This document shows positions 21,746 through 36,391 of a DNA stretch of 64,000 bases, in pieces. Both the position numbers and the translations under genes were made by a program. Source of the stretch: Octopus sinensis. Its lineage: Eukaryota. Below the pieces are notes generated by a model. The model had not been told where the DNA came from and did not search any database. It saw only the letters and a program-made list of their open reading frames with translations. The stretch's first letter is position 1, and the number at the start of each line of letters is the position of its first letter. Where the stretch lies: NCBI RefSeq assembly GCF_006345805.1, contig NC_043014.1, positions 12,214,001-12,278,000 of the forward strand, read 5' to 3'.

Positions 21746-22053
21746 GCTCGTTGATTCTCAGATTATGACAGGAGGTGCATAGGTGGTTTGTATATTACGA
21801 AAGCAGGAATGTTTATTCTATCCTCGGGTGGTGCTTAAAAAACCTCGAAGAATTCTAATGGCTAGTGTGATACGAGCCTTGATAATTTATCTGAAAACAC
21901 GTGAGAAAATTCTTGTTATAACTTGCTGGGAATCTGTGGTCGTCGTTTAAGAGTTATTCTAAAAAGCGAGAAGAGAAGTGGGTAAATGTACCATGAAGAC
22001 GAGCAACATAACACCAACTCTGTGTATATATGTTCTGACTTGGGTATTCCATA

Positions 22054-22365
<312 letters not shown>

Positions 22366-23243
22366 AAATATTTGAAAAAGATAGATATTTGAAAAAAAAC
22401 TTTTTAGCAGTGCGAGTGAGGAGTTAAATCAAAATATATAAAGTGATGTTAATAAATTAAAACAAAGAAAATGATATTATATTACCTTACATAGTTTGTT
22501 TAATGGTCCTACTATATTTCGGGAAAAAATCTCCTGTTCAAATGCAAGAAAGAACATAACCAAAGAGTCACGAGAAACATGTTATCGGCAAGCCATTCCG
22601 ATCTCCCACTCTGGTTAGCTATAAGGAAACAAATTTATACGCTAGAAATGTTCAGCGATAACTATTCGTCATCTTTAGGCATCATGTATCCAGGGCAATA
22701 TTAGAAAACAATACCTAAGGCGGTATTGAGTGATTTGTGGGCGATTTGGCGGTTATGTTTAGCCGGTCGAACGATTACATAAATACACTCTAATTGTCTG
22801 TAATCTGTAGGGAGAGGCACACTTTGTAATTTTCACTAGTATCTATATGATGTTATATTTTGTATATAATGTTTAAAACCTTCTGAATAGCTCATCGCAC
22901 TTCCAGTGAGTTACGTTCTTTACTCTGAATCATCTCAAAACGAACTACCAATATCTAAGTATTATCTAAGCTTAATTAGCCTACCTATAAAGAAAACCAA
23001 AGAAACCTGTATTAGAGATCTCCACAAGTTACAAATCCACAAGCATTTTCCACTTCGCAAGAATGAAGGACAACCACATACGTGCTTTTCCTCCTCTCCG
23101 GACCTTTCCTCTTTCTGACGAAGAGCCATGCACAAAACGTTACATCCCTCCCTCTTTTCCCATCTTAAAGTGTACGTTCTTTTGACTTTTATTGTTTATA
23201 TTTTTATTTTCGATCTCTCTCTCTCTATCTATCTATCTATCCA

Positions 23244-23352
<109 letters not shown>

Positions 23353-24212
23353 TATGAGAAGTAATGGTGTCAATAAGACTCAAAGCTGAGTAAGTGCTCA
23401 TATGGTCGATCTGGGCTATTGTAGAAGTGGGACTGAACCCGGAACCATGTGGTTGGGAAGCAAATGTCTTACCCACTCAGCCATGTCTGCACCTATTAAC
23501 TTATTCTACTTTGATCTTTTATGATCAAATACTTCGCTTTTAACCCAGTTTCGTCACTATCTATGATATTGTTTGTCTTCATCTTTGATTATATTCTCTG
23601 TTCTTAATTTCTGTCAAAACCTATTGTTTCTACACGCTTGTTTACCTTTTCGTTCTTCGTCTCTGGTTATATTCTTATTTCTTCACCTTCAATTGTATTC
23701 TTAGTTCCTGATCTTCCAATCTATTCCTAGTTGTTTATCCTTCATTTTATACTTGCTATTAAATATTTAGTTGCATTCTTAGTTCACATCTTTTATTTTA
23801 TTCTTGTTCGTTCATATTTTGTTATATTTCTTGTTATTATTTTTTCTTTATATATTTTGTTTTACATCTTTGAAAACATTTTTTAAAAATCTCTGTATTT
23901 GTATTTATGTTTGTAGACCTTCTAAAGATCATAGAAAACCTTTAGAAAAACCTTAGATATCTAAGGTTTTTCTAAAGGTTTTTTATACGTATTATAAAGA
24001 AATAATTCCTCTCTGCGTATGAAACTAAATACTCAACTGAAAATTATTTGTTAATTAGAATATTGAGAAAACAAAATTAATGCATATGATTTTTACCTTT
24101 TTACTGAATATATTTACCTGAGATACACCCTCATTCCATCCCACAAACATGTTCACCTACACTCACCCCACACTCACTCAGTCACTCACACACACATACA
24201 CACACAGACACA

Positions 24213-24259
<47 letters not shown>

Positions 24260-24477
24260 CCATACACACACACACACACACACAGAGGTTTACTTCCATG
24301 CGAATAGGAATATAGAAAAATTGGTTTTGGGTTTTAAAACGAATTATAGATTAAAACAATTTTATAAATTTATTAAACTTTTATCTTTTTCTTATTTACT
24401 ATTCAAAATAAAAACTTGTAATCGGCATGGCATTTTGATAAAATTTTAATATCTCTACAATTCGTTTTAAGACCTAG

Positions 24478-24690
24478 GTGTTTGTCCCCCCCCCCCCAAC
24501 ATCGCTTGACAACCGATGCTGGTGTGTTTACGTCCCCGTAACTTAGCGGTTCGGCAAAAGAGATCGATAGAAAAAGTACTAGGCTTACAAAGAATAAGTA
24601 CTGGGGTCGATTTGCTCGACTAAAGGCGGTGCTCCAGCATGGCCGCAGTCAAATGACTGAAACAAGTAAAAGAGTAAAAAGAGTAAAGAG
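24478..24690 (+). mobile_element. SINE family B, 3' half
   Basis: Matches the family consensus. Confidence 0.88.
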
Positions 24691-24769
24691 AATGGACTTA
24701 CACGCGCGCGCTCACACACACGTGTATGTGTGTGTGTTTGCTTGTGTATGTCTTCTAATCCCCACTTGA

Positions 24770-25345
24770 AAACCAGTGTTTGTTTGTTTATATTCCCATA
24801 ACACTAGCGGATCGGCAAAAGCGACCGTTAGGACGATTACCAGTCGGTTTGTTCGACTAAACATTTCTAGGAGGTACTTCCAGCAGGGCCCTAAGCACTT
24901 AAAATATTTTGGTGCCTCCATAAAAGCTTATGTAATTCAAAATAGAAACAATAACAAACCAGAAAATAAATTTTTATTTCTCAAAACGAAACAAAACAGT
25001 AAAATGGAAAATAATGTTTATTTTTGTCTACTTCCATTTTATTTATATTTGAAAAGTTTCCTCCTACTTTTTTGAATTGCAAAGTCCTTGATCAAATCCT
25101 AAAAATTAATCTTAGGTAACACATCTGCATCTATACTTAGTAGAGATAAAGGCATCCCGAATATTATTTTAGCAAGTTTAAAGTGATTTCTTTTGTGCCG
25201 TAAACCATTTACAATTTCTTTGGTGTCCTCTCCTTCCCTTGATGCTCTAAGCGCGTGCTTATTTTGCTTAATGGTTAATCCATCGCTGACTCACAGCATG
25301 GCCGCAGTCCAATGATTGAAACAAATAAAAGAATAAAAGATAAAA
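24770..25345 (+). mobile_element. Old B-like SINE 3' part, split by a hAT-like MITE (about 24883-25288)
   Basis: The SINE motif CCAGCA|TGGCCGCAGTC is interrupted. The insert starts CAGGGCC and ends GGTTAATCCATCGCTG. Confidence 0.55.
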
Positions 25346-25517
25346 ATCTTCATGAAGAAAAAAAAATACGAATTACGAATTAAGTGTTGGAAAAGTTCTG
25401 ATCATAGAAATTTACGAAATGACCCACCTCAAAATTTATCCGACGAAGTGGGCCCCTAACCAGGAACATCAGTGCTCACATCTCCTCACGGCACACCACC
25501 TTATTGTATCTTTTTAA

Positions 25518-25529
25518 TACACACACACA

Positions 25530-25579
<50 letters not shown>

Positions 25580-25724
25580 ACCATCACTTCTTCTTCTTCT
25601 TCTTCTTCTTCGTCTTCTTCTTCTTCTTCTTCTTCTTCTTCTTCTCTTCTTCTTCTTCTTCTTCTTCTTCTTCTTCTTCCCCCTCCTCCCCCTCCTCCCC
25701 CTCCTCCCCCTCCTCCTCCTCCTC
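25518..25724. repeat. (CA)n, (TTC)n and (CCTCCTCCC)n microsatellites
   Basis: Visible directly. Confidence 0.95.
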
Positions 25725-26399
25725 TAGATAGCAGCTGTCAGATCCGCTTTCAAATGTCCTTGACTAGGCGCTCCAGACATTGCTTCAATCAGAGTAGAAC
25801 AGGTCCGAGTCTTCCCCATTAACTTGTTCAACTGCTGTCTTAAATACATGAACACGCATCCAACATAACAAAAAAAATATACAGAAAATTTACACCCGAC
25901 AACAACAAAAACAACAACATCAACAACAAGAAAAAAATATAACCCCAAAACCTCAGTAAGTAAAACATAACAAAATAAGTAAAAAAATATAACAAATAAC
26001 GATGAACAAAAATAAAAGACAAGAAGAAGAATAGCAAGGAAAAATAGTGATAAGAAAATAGAGGATTAAAACAGAAACCAATACGTAAACTAAGAATAAA
26101 TACGTGTTGGTGACTAAGAATGGACATAACCGTCACGGTTTAAACTTCGTAAGTGCTAAAGACCTTTGAACTAGCAAACTGGAAGTTAAAGCTAATTTGT
26201 CTATCGTTTACGAGCACATATTACTACACACACGTATATCATGTAGAGCCAGCCAGCTAGCCTCACTTTCGTACACGGTCGTACGTACATACATGCATGC
26301 ATACATACATACATACATACATACATACATACATACATACATACATACATACATACGTACGTACGTACGTACGTACGTACGTACGTACGTACATACTGC

Positions 26400-26499
26400 C
26401 TCCCAAACTTGGGCAAGTGTCATCTAATAGTCTCGGGCCGACCAAAGGTTTGTGAGTGAATTTGGTAGACGGAAACTGAAAAGAAGCCCGTCGTACATA

Positions 26500-26566
<67 letters not shown>

Positions 26567-26821
26567 AAAATAATACACACCAGCATCGGTTGTCAAGCGA
26601 CGTTGGCGGGACAAACACAGACATACAAACATACGCACACATACACATATACACATATATATATACATATATACGACGGGCTTCTTTCAGTTTCCGTCTA
26701 CCAAATCCACTCACAAGGCTTTGGTCGGCCCGAGGCTATAGTAGAAGACACTTGTCCAAGGTGCCACGCGGAACCATGTGGTTGGTAAGCAAGCTACTTA
26801 CCACACAGCCACTCCTACGTC

Positions 26822-26822
<1 letters not shown>
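26400..26822. mobile_element. Two oppositely oriented SINE B fragments converging on a (TA)n tract
   Basis: A + fragment at 26402-26495 and a - copy at 26575-26822. Confidence 0.85.
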
Positions 26823-26854
<32 letters not shown>

Positions 26855-27187
26855 TGCACCACCTAGTCCATCTTCTTGTGACTGAGGTGTGTGAAACATG
26901 GTATGCTATTTTTCTGTAGACTGGAGCAATATAGACTACACCAGTTAATGACCTTCATCAGTTTTTTTTATGGGGTTTTGCTTGCTGTTTTTAGTGTTTT
27001 TTTCTGTTGTGTGTGAAGACATGTGGCTTAGTGGTTTGGGAATTTGGCTCACGATCGATATATCTTGAGTTCGATTACCAGCAGCGCATTGTATCTTTGA
27101 GCAAGACGCTGGTCCAGTGCACTCAGCTGACAAAAAATAATATGTTTGAGTGGTTTGCCTTAATCGCATTATCATTTTGGAAGGGTA

Positions 27188-27412
27188 TGCAGGGGTGCTG
27201 AAAAGTTCCTGGCTTTGGGTAAAAGAAAATACAGGAGGATCAGTGAATTATGATTTTATTCAACATATTCCCTTTTCAGATTCATACATTTATTGCGGCA
27301 GTCCTTCGTTTTTCTTCAGTTTTTATAAGACTTGTAGAAGAACTCGGATGGTTGTGCGTCCAACCAGGCCTTTCGCGATACCCTTAAAGCCAGGAACCTT
27401 TCAGCACCCTCT
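27188..27412. mobile_element. Mariner-type MITE
   Basis: TIRs GGGTGCTGAAAAGTTCCTGGCTTT and AAAGCCAGGAACCTTTCAGCACCC with TA flanks. Confidence 0.8.
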
Positions 27413-27566
27413 TACATATCCCAATAATTGTAGCCACATTGTTATCATGTGTTGTGTTTGGTATTACTTCTTGTCTATTTTTTACAACGAGATGCAAGCA
27501 AACTGGTCCGTGGTTATAGCTGCCAACTCGGTCTTCCTTATGTAGACATTCATATTTGGCTAAGGT

Positions 27567-27950
27567 GGAGGCGCAATGGCCCAGTGGTTAGGGCAGCGGA
27601 CTCGCGGTCGTAGGATCGCGGTTTCGATTCCCAGACCGGGCGTTGTGAGTGTTTATTGAGCGAAAACACCTATAGCTCCACGAGGCTCCGGCAGGGGATG
27701 GTGGTGATCCCTGCTGTACTCTTTCACCACAACTTTCTCTCATTCTTACTTCCTGTTTCTGTTGTACCTGTATTTCAAAGGGCCGGCCTTGTCACTCTCT
27801 GTGTCACGCTGAATATCCCCGAGAACTACGTTAAGGGTACACGTGTCTGTGGAGTGCTCAGCCACTTACACGTTAATTTCACGAGCAGGCTGTTCCGTTG
27901 ATTCGGATCAACCGGAACCCTCGTCGTCGTAACTGACGGAGTGCTTCCAT
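27567..27950 (+). mobile_element. SINE family C (head C + tail X), young
   Basis: Near-identical to 3721-4101; flanked by an ATTTGGCTA duplication. Confidence 0.92.
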
Positions 27951-29182
27951 CCATTTGGCTATGATCGGGTAGCAAGGAATGATGTGCTTAACTGTCTCAT
28001 TCTATTGGTTGCACATTCTGCATTTGATGTTGGCATCCGTTTTCATTATTTTCTTGTTATAATTACTTGTAGTCTCAGGCATTGGTCATTCCGTTTTTGC
28101 TTTTAGTTCGAAGCTTTTGAGCCATTTTTGGCTTTCATTTAATCTTCATTCTCTGTGGTGTCTTGCCATGGAGCGGTTTTCCTCTCCATTTCTTTTTCGG
28201 AATTCTGTTTCCATGTATTTTTGTCTCTTTAAACTATTTCTGTTGCGTTCTTATCTAAATTTATTGTTTAAGTGTAGTCTGTTACTGCTTTATACTTTAT
28301 AACTTTTTTTCAGAAAGAGAAAACTTTAAAAATATTTCTTTTTTATATTTATGAGTCTCTTATTCTTTGTTTTTAAGTATTTTCCCAACCCGGCTGTTGT
28401 TATTTTACCGAAGCTTTTTTCATTTGTGTCAGTCCTTCTTGCTTGTGTGTAGTGGAGGCATATTTTGCCCATGTCTCCTTTGGAGTAATGACTATGGCAC
28501 CCTGTCTGATATAAATACTACGGTCACCGTCAAGCAAACTTCACGTCCTTCTACAAGCTTAGTATAAAGGCCTCAGAATACTTTTTCTCCGAAGAAGGTC
28601 AATCACCCGAAAAGTTACGTGTTTCCTCTCCTCACAACTACTCAACTCACTGTAATTTATTTCTCCCTACGAACTTTTATCGATGAATTTTTTCGACCAC
28701 AGACAACCGTAATGTTTATATCTGGGTGAAGCCTCGCAGTCAATTATATCGGTTACAACACTTTTCAAATAATTATTTGATAAATTAATATCTATTTTAT
28801 TGGCTTCAGAAGAATGAAAAACCGTGAAAATTAACTTCGGCGTGATTTGAATTCAGAATAGAAAAGGGACGTAACCAAATATCAGAAAATATTTCTTCCC
28901 AAACTTTACTGATTCTGCTAATCTGCCATCCTTATTATTTTTTATTCTTTTAGTGGTTTCAATCCTTAGACTGTACCCACGGGCACCCCGTTCCACGGTT
29001 GGTATAGTCAAGTTTGTTTTTCTAGCCGCTAATCATTTGAAATAATCGGTCCACATCACTATTACAATTTAACAAATGTCATCTAATCTATACTTTCATT
29101 GGTTGATAATTCTAGGAAACACCAAGCTTCACTAAACCGCCATCAAGAGAAATTAGATTATGAACAGAGAAAGAGAGAAAGA

Positions 29183-29251
<69 letters not shown>

Positions 29252-29848
29252 GTTCAAATTATCAGATCTAGGCCTAAAGATCACGTTACAACATTTAGTT
29301 AAAAGTTACTATGTTTATACAATCAGGTCCATTATATACATGCCATACAAAACATCATTAAAGACGCATGCGACCTGTGTGCCGTGGTTACATACGCTTA
29401 TTCTAGAGTATAATCGTTTATATCGGCCCCAGCATGTATATTTCTATCGACTTCAAAAAAACGAAGCCGAAGATTCTCCAGATAGAATTTGGATCCAAAG
29501 CGTAAAAGGATAAGTAAAAATCGAATGTCTCAAGCAATTTTTGTCCGACACTCAACCCTTTCTGTTATCCATTATCATATATTGACAGTCTTACTATTTT
29601 TTAAATTTGACCCTTTTTTTCGGTTACAGCAGAATGGCCAAGCGAAATAGTGATTATAAAAGATGGAATGGTCAACTCATATCTACGAAACCCCGACCTG
29701 GAGAAATATATGCCTATTTTACCCGCAAATTTGGAAACCGTCAATTTAAAATGGAAAGCTGGAGACGTAAGGGTATGTCTTAACTTTGAGTTCTTAACTA
29801 ATATATAACCCTCATTTTTCCAATTACACATATATAAGTATATATAAG

Positions 29849-29907
<59 letters not shown>

Positions 29908-29975
29908 GTCAATAAAAAATGGTAGAATTAATTAATTATTAATTAATTCGACCGAGCAGTGTTCGGTATGTAAAA

Positions 29976-30044
<69 letters not shown>

Positions 30045-30812
30045 TATATATACATATACATATGAGGACGAAAATGAATTTGTATAATTCTAATCCAGAA
30101 ACGCGTTCATAATTAATCGAAGACTGTTTGATTTCGTTATTTTTCTTCTTTTTGCCCATGTGAGTTACAAATATTGTTATCTGTGGAATCATATGAGCTG
30201 TCTTTTGGCTGGTATTTCTAAATTTTCGGTATGTGGTGAAGCAATTTGTTGCTAAACCCTTAATTATATTTAATTATATATATATATATATATATATGAA
30301 GCAAAATATGTGAGATTATTAAATAGAAAATTTAGTTATCCTTCTTACGCATATTCCATTAACACAATATGGTTATTAGTTACATAATGTAAATTAATCA
30401 AGAATTGTTGTCAAATCATCAGACATGTCACGTTTATACACCACAGTTTTGGAATGTAGAAATGTTGGTTGAATCAATTACCGTGAAGACGGCGACGACT
30501 GTAATAAATTCAGTGAAGCAGTTTACATTGGTATTAGTTGGTGGAAATCTACGTATAAAAAAAGATGGTGGGGATGCAGATAGATTAAATGTTGCCAGAG
30601 AGACGGTTGATAGAAATAGCAGACGACTTTTTGATTAATGGTTTTATCGGGTCGTTTTATCAGGGCTCTTGAGAGCTTTTAACACTATCGATCAATGTAT
30701 GTTGTCTACTTATCTATATATACCATACAAACTTTTGGAAACCTGGTGTTTTACAAATTTGTTATTTAACGCGCAATTTAAAGTTCAAATTTCACTAGAT
30801 ATATACATATAG

Positions 30813-31117
30813 TGGAGGGGTAATGGCCCAGTGGTTAAGGCAACGGACTCGCGGTCGTAGGATCGCGGTTTCGATTCCCAGACCGGGCGTTGTGAGTGTT
30901 TATTGAGCGAAAACACCTAAAAGCTCCACGACGCTCCGGCAGGGGGTGGTGATCCCTGCTGTACTCTTTCACCACTCTTTCTCACACTCTTTCCTCTGTT
31001 GGCCTGCTCGCTTAGCCAGCGAGGTGGCGTCATTCGAAGGCTAAAACAATGCGAACGCATTGTGACCAGCGATGTGTAACTACATCTGATGGACTGGTCG
31101 GTCACGTGATCACGTGA
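30813..31117 (+). mobile_element. SINE family C (head C + tail Y)
   Basis: Same head as 3721, but the tail ends GGTCACGTGATCACGTGA as in 15146-15438. Confidence 0.9.
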
Positions 31118-31401
31118 TATACATATAATTATGTATGTATGTATGTTTGTCTGTCTGTCTGTATGTATGTATGCATGCTTGTGCATATCTTTGTGTTTGT
31201 GTTGTCTACGTCTAGTGGTTGTTACAACCACAACGTTTCGGCCTATCTATCCTCCGGCATTCTGTCTCATTCAGTAACGTTTGCTGAATTTTGAACTTAA
31301 CCCTTTATTTAAATCCAGAGAACAAGTTATTGTCATCTCATCCTCCATATGAGGAACAGTCACCTACCTGATTGAGCTCACACCCATTAGCTGAACTACT
31401 A

Positions 31402-31962
31402 TTGGGTTGTCCGGAAAGTCCGTGCCGATTTATAGAAGCTTACCTTTCGACTTATTTTAGAACATGGTTGAGTCCATAAAATAGGATTTGACTACACCTC
31501 CATTTAGAGCACAGTTTAAGCTATCTTTTCGTGGAAGAAGGTTTATGTTCCTATAATCTGTGTTAATTCTGTAACCCTTTAATATTGAAGATAAGAAAGT
31601 TCATTTTCGGCACTTGTGGGAACCAAGACAAAAATTGCTGCAGCTCGGCTGGGATGTGTTACCCCACCCTCCATATTCAACAGATATTGCTCCTTCAGAT
31701 TTCCACTTATTCAGGTCTCTGTAGAATAGTCTTAATGGTAAAAATTTCAATTCCTTGGATGACGTAAAAAGCTACCTTGATGAATTCTTTGCCATGAAAC
31801 CACCTGAATTCTGGGAAGAGGGTATTTTCAAGTTAAAGGAAAGATGGAGACGCATTGTGCAACAAAATGGTTCATATTTGGTTAATTAAAAATGTAATGG
31901 CAAGTATTTATTGACCTTTTTCTTTCCTTAAAAAATTGGCACGAACTTTCCGGACAACCCAA
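31402..31962 (+). mobile_element. Internally deleted mariner element, copy 2 (561 bp)
   Basis: TA|TTGGGTTGTCCGGAAAGT..ACTTTCCGGACAACCCAA|TA, collinear with 1-563. Confidence 0.93.
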
Positions 31963-32267
31963 TACTATTAAACACTTCTCTGCCATGTTACTCCACAACA
32001 CAACTAATGAAAATCTGGTGATATAATAGGCTTTTTTTTGCTTTGTTTTATCACGCCGCTGAAAACCTTTCATACTTCAAGAACCGAGTAGATCTAAAAT
32101 TGCCAGTCTGCATTTTTTTTCAAGGAAACCGAGTCATAAAGGCTATTTCTTTAGACACAGTAATTCAAGTATTCCTATTTATAGATTGCTGGTGTAGTCC
32201 TTCGGTGTTACTGACTGGACTCTTATAACGTGTCCAACGAACATATTAGCTGGATCTTTATCATTAA

Positions 32268-32660
32268 TTAGCAGTATTGCCCGCTATTGCTCGGGTTTGT
32301 TTTGAACCTTTAGAATTGGAATTTTTGAAAAGTAAAAATTTTGCATTATGTAGCTTGTTATTCTCTTTAAGTGAACATTTTTTCTGGTTGAAATACACCA
32401 AAAAATGGCGTCACAGTAGTCAAAAATCGTAAAAATTAGGGATTTTGATAGAAAAAAAAGCACCTTTTTGATGTAAATAATTTTTGGTGTTAACATGATC
32501 CGATTTGAATTTTTTCTTCTACGGAAGAAAGAGTAAGCCTTCTTCTATCATACTCTTAATTTTGGTCAACTTGCGCTGCAGGGTCTCGGAAGAGATAGTG
32601 TTAGTTGAAGGCTACCAAACCTGCCATACACAGATAACTTCAGCTTTATATATAGAGAGA
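32268..32660 (-). mobile_element. Non-autonomous Helitron
   Basis: Minus strand starts TCTCTCTATATATAAAG and ends CCCGAGCAATAGCGGG-CAATACTGCTAA (hairpin plus degenerate CTAG). Confidence 0.8.
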
Positions 32661-33039
32661 TTACATTAATTAGGTAATCGTTGCCGTTTCCGATCACCGT
32701 TAAGTTGAAAGCCTTCATCGATTGCTTCCCCACCACTTTCTTTTTGCCGGTTGCAGGCTGCTTGAAATTTTGCCGCCTTCTCTAATTTCCTTTTCATACT
32801 CATTATCACAAGAAGATAGGATGTTGCTCTTCGGAGAGGAGATGCCTCGATTTCTGGGTTTTGGTTGGCTCTTGGAACCAAGGACGAAATGATTGCCTGC
32901 GACGTTTCAGTAGAGTAGTGGCAGTTGGTAGTGCCATAAGAACAACACCTCCTGTCTCTTTGTGTTACTGTTTACGTTGTTCCTCTTTTGGTTTCTCAAG
33001 CACTTCTGAGCAAAAAGGTCTTAACTGAAAAAAGAGAAA

Positions 33040-33266
33040 GTAAAGTTCCTTCATATTCGTAGGTTGGTATCCTGGTTTTTCCATGGCGTATATATTATTT
33101 CCCACCGGAACGTGACGTAGGTCCGTTGCAAAATTACTTAGGGCTGCCAGTTGAGGCAAGGTGGAATGAACTGTTTTCCTCAAAGACATCGCCTGCCCCA
33201 GGAATCGAAACCACAATCTTACGATCATGAATCCAACGCCCTAATAACTAAGCCACGCGCCTCCAC
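33040..33266 (-). mobile_element. CORE-type SINE family D (diverged)
   Basis: Minus-strand GGAGGCGCGTGGCTTAG head and GGTTTCGATTCC. Confidence 0.8.
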
Positions 33267-33399
33267 AAATGAGCCTTACTGCCACATAAATAAACAGTTG
33301 AGCCTTTCTCCCTACACCACCAATCTTAAAGCCATTATCTCCGCACTCACTATGGGGTATAACTCTCTAACTCTTAAATAGCTTTTGTGGCTTTCGGGG

Positions 33400-33868
33400 C
33401 CTACTAGCATTTTTATGTTTACAGTTACTCAACCGGCTTTATGAGCCTATGGCTCAGGAAGAATGATGGCCAAACCGAGGCTAGGATCGAGCTGAAAATT
33501 GGCAGGGATACTAAATGCGTGGTGAAGATGAGACCCGCGATGGTTAAAATTCGCAAGCTATAAAGATGTGCTTGCTATAGCAAAAAGAGTGATTTTTTTA
33601 TCGATTCAAGGGGGCCCAGAGCCCCTCTAGGTTTGTGCGATTGGCTTTTAATGCCCAGCGGCATGCACTGCAGACTGTTCTGCATAATAGACCAACATTT
33701 TGTCGCGAAATTCCGGCTACTAGGAAATGATTTTTCATTGTGAAAAAAACGAGTGCTTTTTGCCCTCATTTTCTTTTAAATTTTTGATAAAATTTTCGTT
33801 TTTTAAAAAATTCCTCATGTTTAAAATGTGGCCCGAGTAGACCCGAATGAAATCGGGTATAATACTAG
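33400..33868 (+). mobile_element. Helitron-like element, 3' portion
   Basis: Ends CCCGAATGAAATCGGG-TATAATACTAG|T; the 5' limit is uncertain. Confidence 0.65.
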
Positions 33869-33874
33869 TAAATA

Positions 33875-34267
33875 TCTTTATATATAAAAGAGAAGTTGTG
33901 TGTCTGTCTCCTACGATTTAGATTCCTAACTACTCCCACATTTTGCGGTGCAGTTTAACCAAAAGCGGGTATCTTATAGTCGTGATTCATATCGAGCCCT
34001 TCTGGGTATTAGCGCGTGTCTACGATGAGTCTACGATTTAAAAAAAATTAACCATCATTTTTTTCCATTTTAATGCATTTTTCGCTATTATATAAGGGAA
34101 GTAACTCTCTAAAAATGTCTACGATGAGTCAACGATTAAAAAAAAATTATCATCATTTTTTCCCATTTTTATTGCATTTTTTTGCTATCCTTTAGCTATA
34201 ATTCTCTAAAAATGCTTATATAGTTATTTCCCTTACAAACCCGAGCAACGCCGAGCGATACTGCTAG
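33875..34267 (+). mobile_element. Non-autonomous Helitron, complete ends
   Basis: A|TCTTTATATATAAAAG ... CCCGAGCAACGCCGAG-CGATACTGCTAG|T, with no TSD. Confidence 0.85.
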
Positions 34268-34283
34268 TATATATATGTGTGTG

Positions 34284-34324
<41 letters not shown>

Positions 34325-34512
34325 TTTGATTCCTGATAAACATTTGTTTATTCTGTTGTTACCTGTACCCTGTGAGCATAGTGTACCTGCATACCCATAC
34401 CCATGCCCAGGGATAGCACAGGTAATTGATACCGATAGTAAATACGGATACTATTATCCCTTTGTCGGTTACTACAACCGCTAACTCGGCTACCTATATA
34501 TATATAATATAT

Positions 34513-34549
<37 letters not shown>

Positions 34550-34658
34550 GGATATATTTCTTAACATGAAAACCAGAAGTAGGCTTAATACACAAATAAA
34601 GAAATTTTATCCACCAATGTGATGTTGAGTACTCATTCTCATTGTTCAATATTTACGG

Positions 34659-35014
<356 letters not shown>

Positions 35015-35017
35015 AAA

Positions 35018-35225
35018 GCAGCAAGCTGGCAGAATCGTTAGCACTCCTGTTACAATGCTTAGCGGCAATTCGTTCGTATTCTCGTTCTGAATTCAAATTC
35101 CTCCGAGGTCGACTTTCTCCTTCATCCTTTCAGGGTCGATTAAATTAAGTAGCAGCTGAACATTGGGCTTCATGTAATCGACTTCCCCCTTCCTCCGAAC
35201 CTGTTGGCCTTATACCAAAATATGA
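35018..35225 (+). mobile_element. SINE family A
   Basis: Matches the family consensus. Confidence 0.85.
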
Positions 35226-36179
35226 AGAAAAAATGAAGTACTAGTACATTACTAAGATAGGCTTAGTCTATTATATCGATTATAGGTTTTGTACTAATGG
35301 TTATTACTAAATCATATCAGGATCTTACAATGGTTTCATCAAATTAACAAGGAAGAAAGAAATAATAATAATAAAGATTCTTGGATGAAGTTCATTCGGT
35401 GTTCTGTTTCTCTTGTTACGGAATTGAACTTATGTCGCCTTAGTTTCCGACTGAAGTGTTTATTATAAAGCTTTTAATTGTATCCGTACAAGTTTTAATG
35501 CGGAAGTAGACATACAATTAAGAACAAACAGCAGGGGTTTTAAGTATTAGAGCAAGAGCTAATCTTATTTTTAATAAAATGTCAAGAGGGCTCTTTTCCA
35601 CGCCTCGTGAATTTATAGATTGTCCGATGAAAATCTAGACAATTTTTTTCAAAAGAAATTCTTCGTATTTTCTTACCAAATGTGTATGCGGAAGGGATTA
35701 GCTTACTTTGTTGAAAGAAAAAAAAATGAAAATAAAAATAAAGGTGGTTAGGGGCACCTTAATTATTTAGCAAATTTTTTTCCCGGATTTAGGGGAAAAT
35801 AATTTATATTTTATAATTTGCTCCTAATCTAAAAGGAATCTTGAGTAGGCAGTCATTGAGTTTTGATGTTTGTTCGGGATTTGACTTAAGTTCAGAAAGA
35901 TAATAGTATTTCTTTTATTATTATTTTCTTTCTTCTAATTTTTGCTTTTAATTAAAGAGAGAAAATAGGTTTTACTCTGCTCTATGAAGGTCCGTATAGA
36001 GAAACTGTGACGACGGTTGAGTGAGGTTAGAGCGGTGACTGATTCGTCCTAATTTGACGTAAAGATCTTACACGTTTACTGAAGAGGCTACGAAATTTGG
36101 TAGTTAAAATTTTTCTAATGCATTTTACTAGGAGTCAAGTGAAATCACATACATTGAGAATCAAAACTGGTTCGCGTCT

Positions 36180-36391
36180 CTGGTGTTTATCATTTGGTCC
36201 CTCGTCTCTCTGTTTCTAGGACTCCTGTTTGGTAAAATCTCAAGAATGATTTCCAGAAGGGCTCAATTTTTACGAGATTAATAACTGGTGTTTATCATTT
36301 GGTCCCTCGTCTCTCTGTTTCTAGGACTCCTTTTTGGTAAAATTTCAAGAATGATTTCCAGAAGACGCAATTTTTACGAGATTTAATAACT
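36180..36391 (+). repeat. Local tandem duplication, unit about 105 bp
   Basis: CTGGTGTTTATCATTTGGTCCCTCGTCTCTCTG...TTTTTACGAGATT(T)AATAACT occurs twice head to tail. Confidence 0.92.

Noticed and set aside
32666-33000. Possible host exon or LTR gag remnant (KLEKAAKFQAACNRQKESGGEAIDE)
   Set aside because: Resemblance to gag is faint, and there is no LTR or credible splice/ORF context.
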